NCBI GenBank assembly: GCA_042408215.1
Contig: JAYFMW010000030.1
Location: 256,001-320,000, forward strand
Source: Microcoleus sp.
Lineage (GTDB): Bacteria; Cyanobacteriota; Cyanobacteriia; Cyanobacteriales; Microcoleaceae
Length of the DNA: 64,000 nucleotides
Direction of reading: 5' to 3'
Within the stretch, counting starts at the first letter, position 1, and each line of letters begins with the position of its first letter. Positions 62,767 through 64,000 of the stretch are shown in pieces. A program made the translations under genes and the position numbers. Under the pieces are notes generated by a model, which worked only from the letters and a program-made list of their open reading frames with translations, searched no databases and was not told where the DNA came from.

Positions 62767-63090
62767 CTAAGCGCGACTAGCTGACACCGCAGGGATTTTT
62801 TCTGCGGTGGATTCCAACATCAGCTTTAAGCTGGGAAACAAGAAATGGTTTTCTTCTACGTATTGAGCTCCAAATAAACCTTTTTCAGCCCAGAAGTATC
62901 GATCGGTGGTATGCTCGTTTCGTTTGACCAACAGCAAAGCTGGGGGAGCAATGCCTTCGGCATGGATAAACTTGCGGGCTGCTGTTACGGGTTTATCTTC
63001 GCCACTCTCGATGCTATATTGAGGGACACACTCTAAAATTCTGCGTCCTTCTTGTCGGCGGCGACTTTTGCGCTTGCGTCTCCTGGCCAA
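62767..63090 (-). CDS. DUF3155 family protein
   Basis: MARRRKRKSRRRQEGRRILE... from a TTG start preceded by AGGAGG. Confidence 0.85.
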   Translation of the reverse strand: MARRRKRKSRRRQEGRRILECVPQYSIESGEDKPVTAARKFIHAEGIAPPALLLVKRNEHTTDRYFWAEKGLFGAQYVEENHFLFPSLKLMLESTAEKIPAVSASRA

Positions 63091-63470
63091 TTTCTTTACC
63101 TCCTCTGTGAGCAGACAGGTTGTAATGATAGCTACCAAATCCGAGGCCAGTATATCTGTTTTTGCTCTAAAGATCAACTTGTTTTAATATATCGACACAA
63201 TCTGAACATTGGTAATTATTCACAAAAGTGTTGCTGTTGAGGTGAGGAGGGCCGAAAGTTCAAACCAGAAAAAGGTTGGGTAGTGGTGAAAAGTAGACTT
63301 AGAGAGGGTTGGCCATTGCTCAGGGTCCCCCTCGCGCTCAGTACGCGATCGAGAGGCTTCACCAGTCAGGGAGCGGCAGAAACCTAGAATTTTGCAGTTC
63401 TCATCTGTAATCGGCGATTGACAAGTTGTAATTTACTGAGAATTCCGTTAGATATCTTAATGTGGCGCTC

Positions 63471-64000
63471 ATGGTAATGCCAGCTAGTTCAGAATTTGTG
63501 AAGCTTTGCCGATCGCAGGTGGCGATCTCCGTCAGTTTGGGAGCAACATTCAGCGCGGTGTACTTGACTGAGGAACTGGTAGAAGGCAGCGAGGCCAAGT
63601 TGGTGCCGATCGCGGTTTATCCAGAAACCTCTGTCCAAGGGGAAGAAAATCAGGAGTTGAGGCTACAATCTCCCGTCCCCTCGGCCTCGTCGCCGATGCC
63701 AAGGCTGCCGGCGTCGAGGGATCGGAGTCAGGAAGCATCAACGATGGGGGCGATCGCCCCAGAGTCGCTGCCCGGTTTTCAAAGCAATTCCAATCAGTGC
63801 CAAGGCCCGGAGAATGTGTGGCTGCAACGTCGGCAAATTGTGACACCTCTGATTCACGAGGGAGCAGTGATGGGACTTCTGGTCAGCGGTAGGCAAGACA
63901 GGCCTTGGAACGAGCGAGAGGAGGCGACTATGCAACAAATTGCTCGCACCTTGGCCCTAGCGTGCATTTTAGACCAGCGATCGCAGTGGATGCAGCAGGA
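63471..64000 (+). CDS. hik2: GAF sensor histidine kinase, Hik2/CSK-like, 5' part (runs off the window)
   Basis: Manual translation MVMPASSEFVKLCRSQV...AVYLTEE...VMGLLVSGR...LACILDQRSQW, open to the window end. Not in the ORF track. Confidence 0.75.
   Translation, partial: MVMPASSEFVKLCRSQVAISVSLGATFSAVYLTEELVEGSEAKLVPIAVYPETSVQGEENQELRLQSPVPSASSPMPRLPASRDRSQEASTMGAIAPESLPGFQSNSNQCQGPENVWLQRRQIVTPLIHEGAVMGLLVSGRQDRPWNEREEATMQQIARTLALACILDQRSQWMQQ

Overview
This is a chromosomal window from a filamentous cyanobacterium, probably Oscillatoriales (Microcoleus-like). That placement is inferred from the very dense HIP1 octamer GCGATCGC, long heptamer tandem repeats and phycobilisome genes. Most coding content is housekeeping: bioB/bioY/lspA, pstSCAB with a Pho box, lysC, cpcS/cpcG, recQ, ftsH, psb32, a cikA-like kinase, nanE, mrdA, pex, ccb1 and the start of hik2. 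The accessory content is a RelE/HigA-type toxin-antitoxin pair, a Dam-like methylase with a PD-(D/E)XK nuclease separated by four exact 90-bp repeats, a frameshifted C5 methylase, and a decayed tandem two-gene cassette. There are also two intact tnpB elements, two ORF-less IS200/IS605 derivatives that keep a promoter and an omegaRNA-like end, IS607-type tnpB remnants, and a nested set of MITE and REP-like families with readable target-site duplications. An nblA with a +1 frameshift is missing from the ORF track, and a riboswitch-like leader lies upstream of pex. No CRISPR array, rRNA or tRNA was seen. All product calls come from motif recognition by eye, with no database searches. I cannot show that any system here is new; the best candidates are the guide-only IS605 cassettes, the pex leader and the methylase-repeat-nuclease locus.
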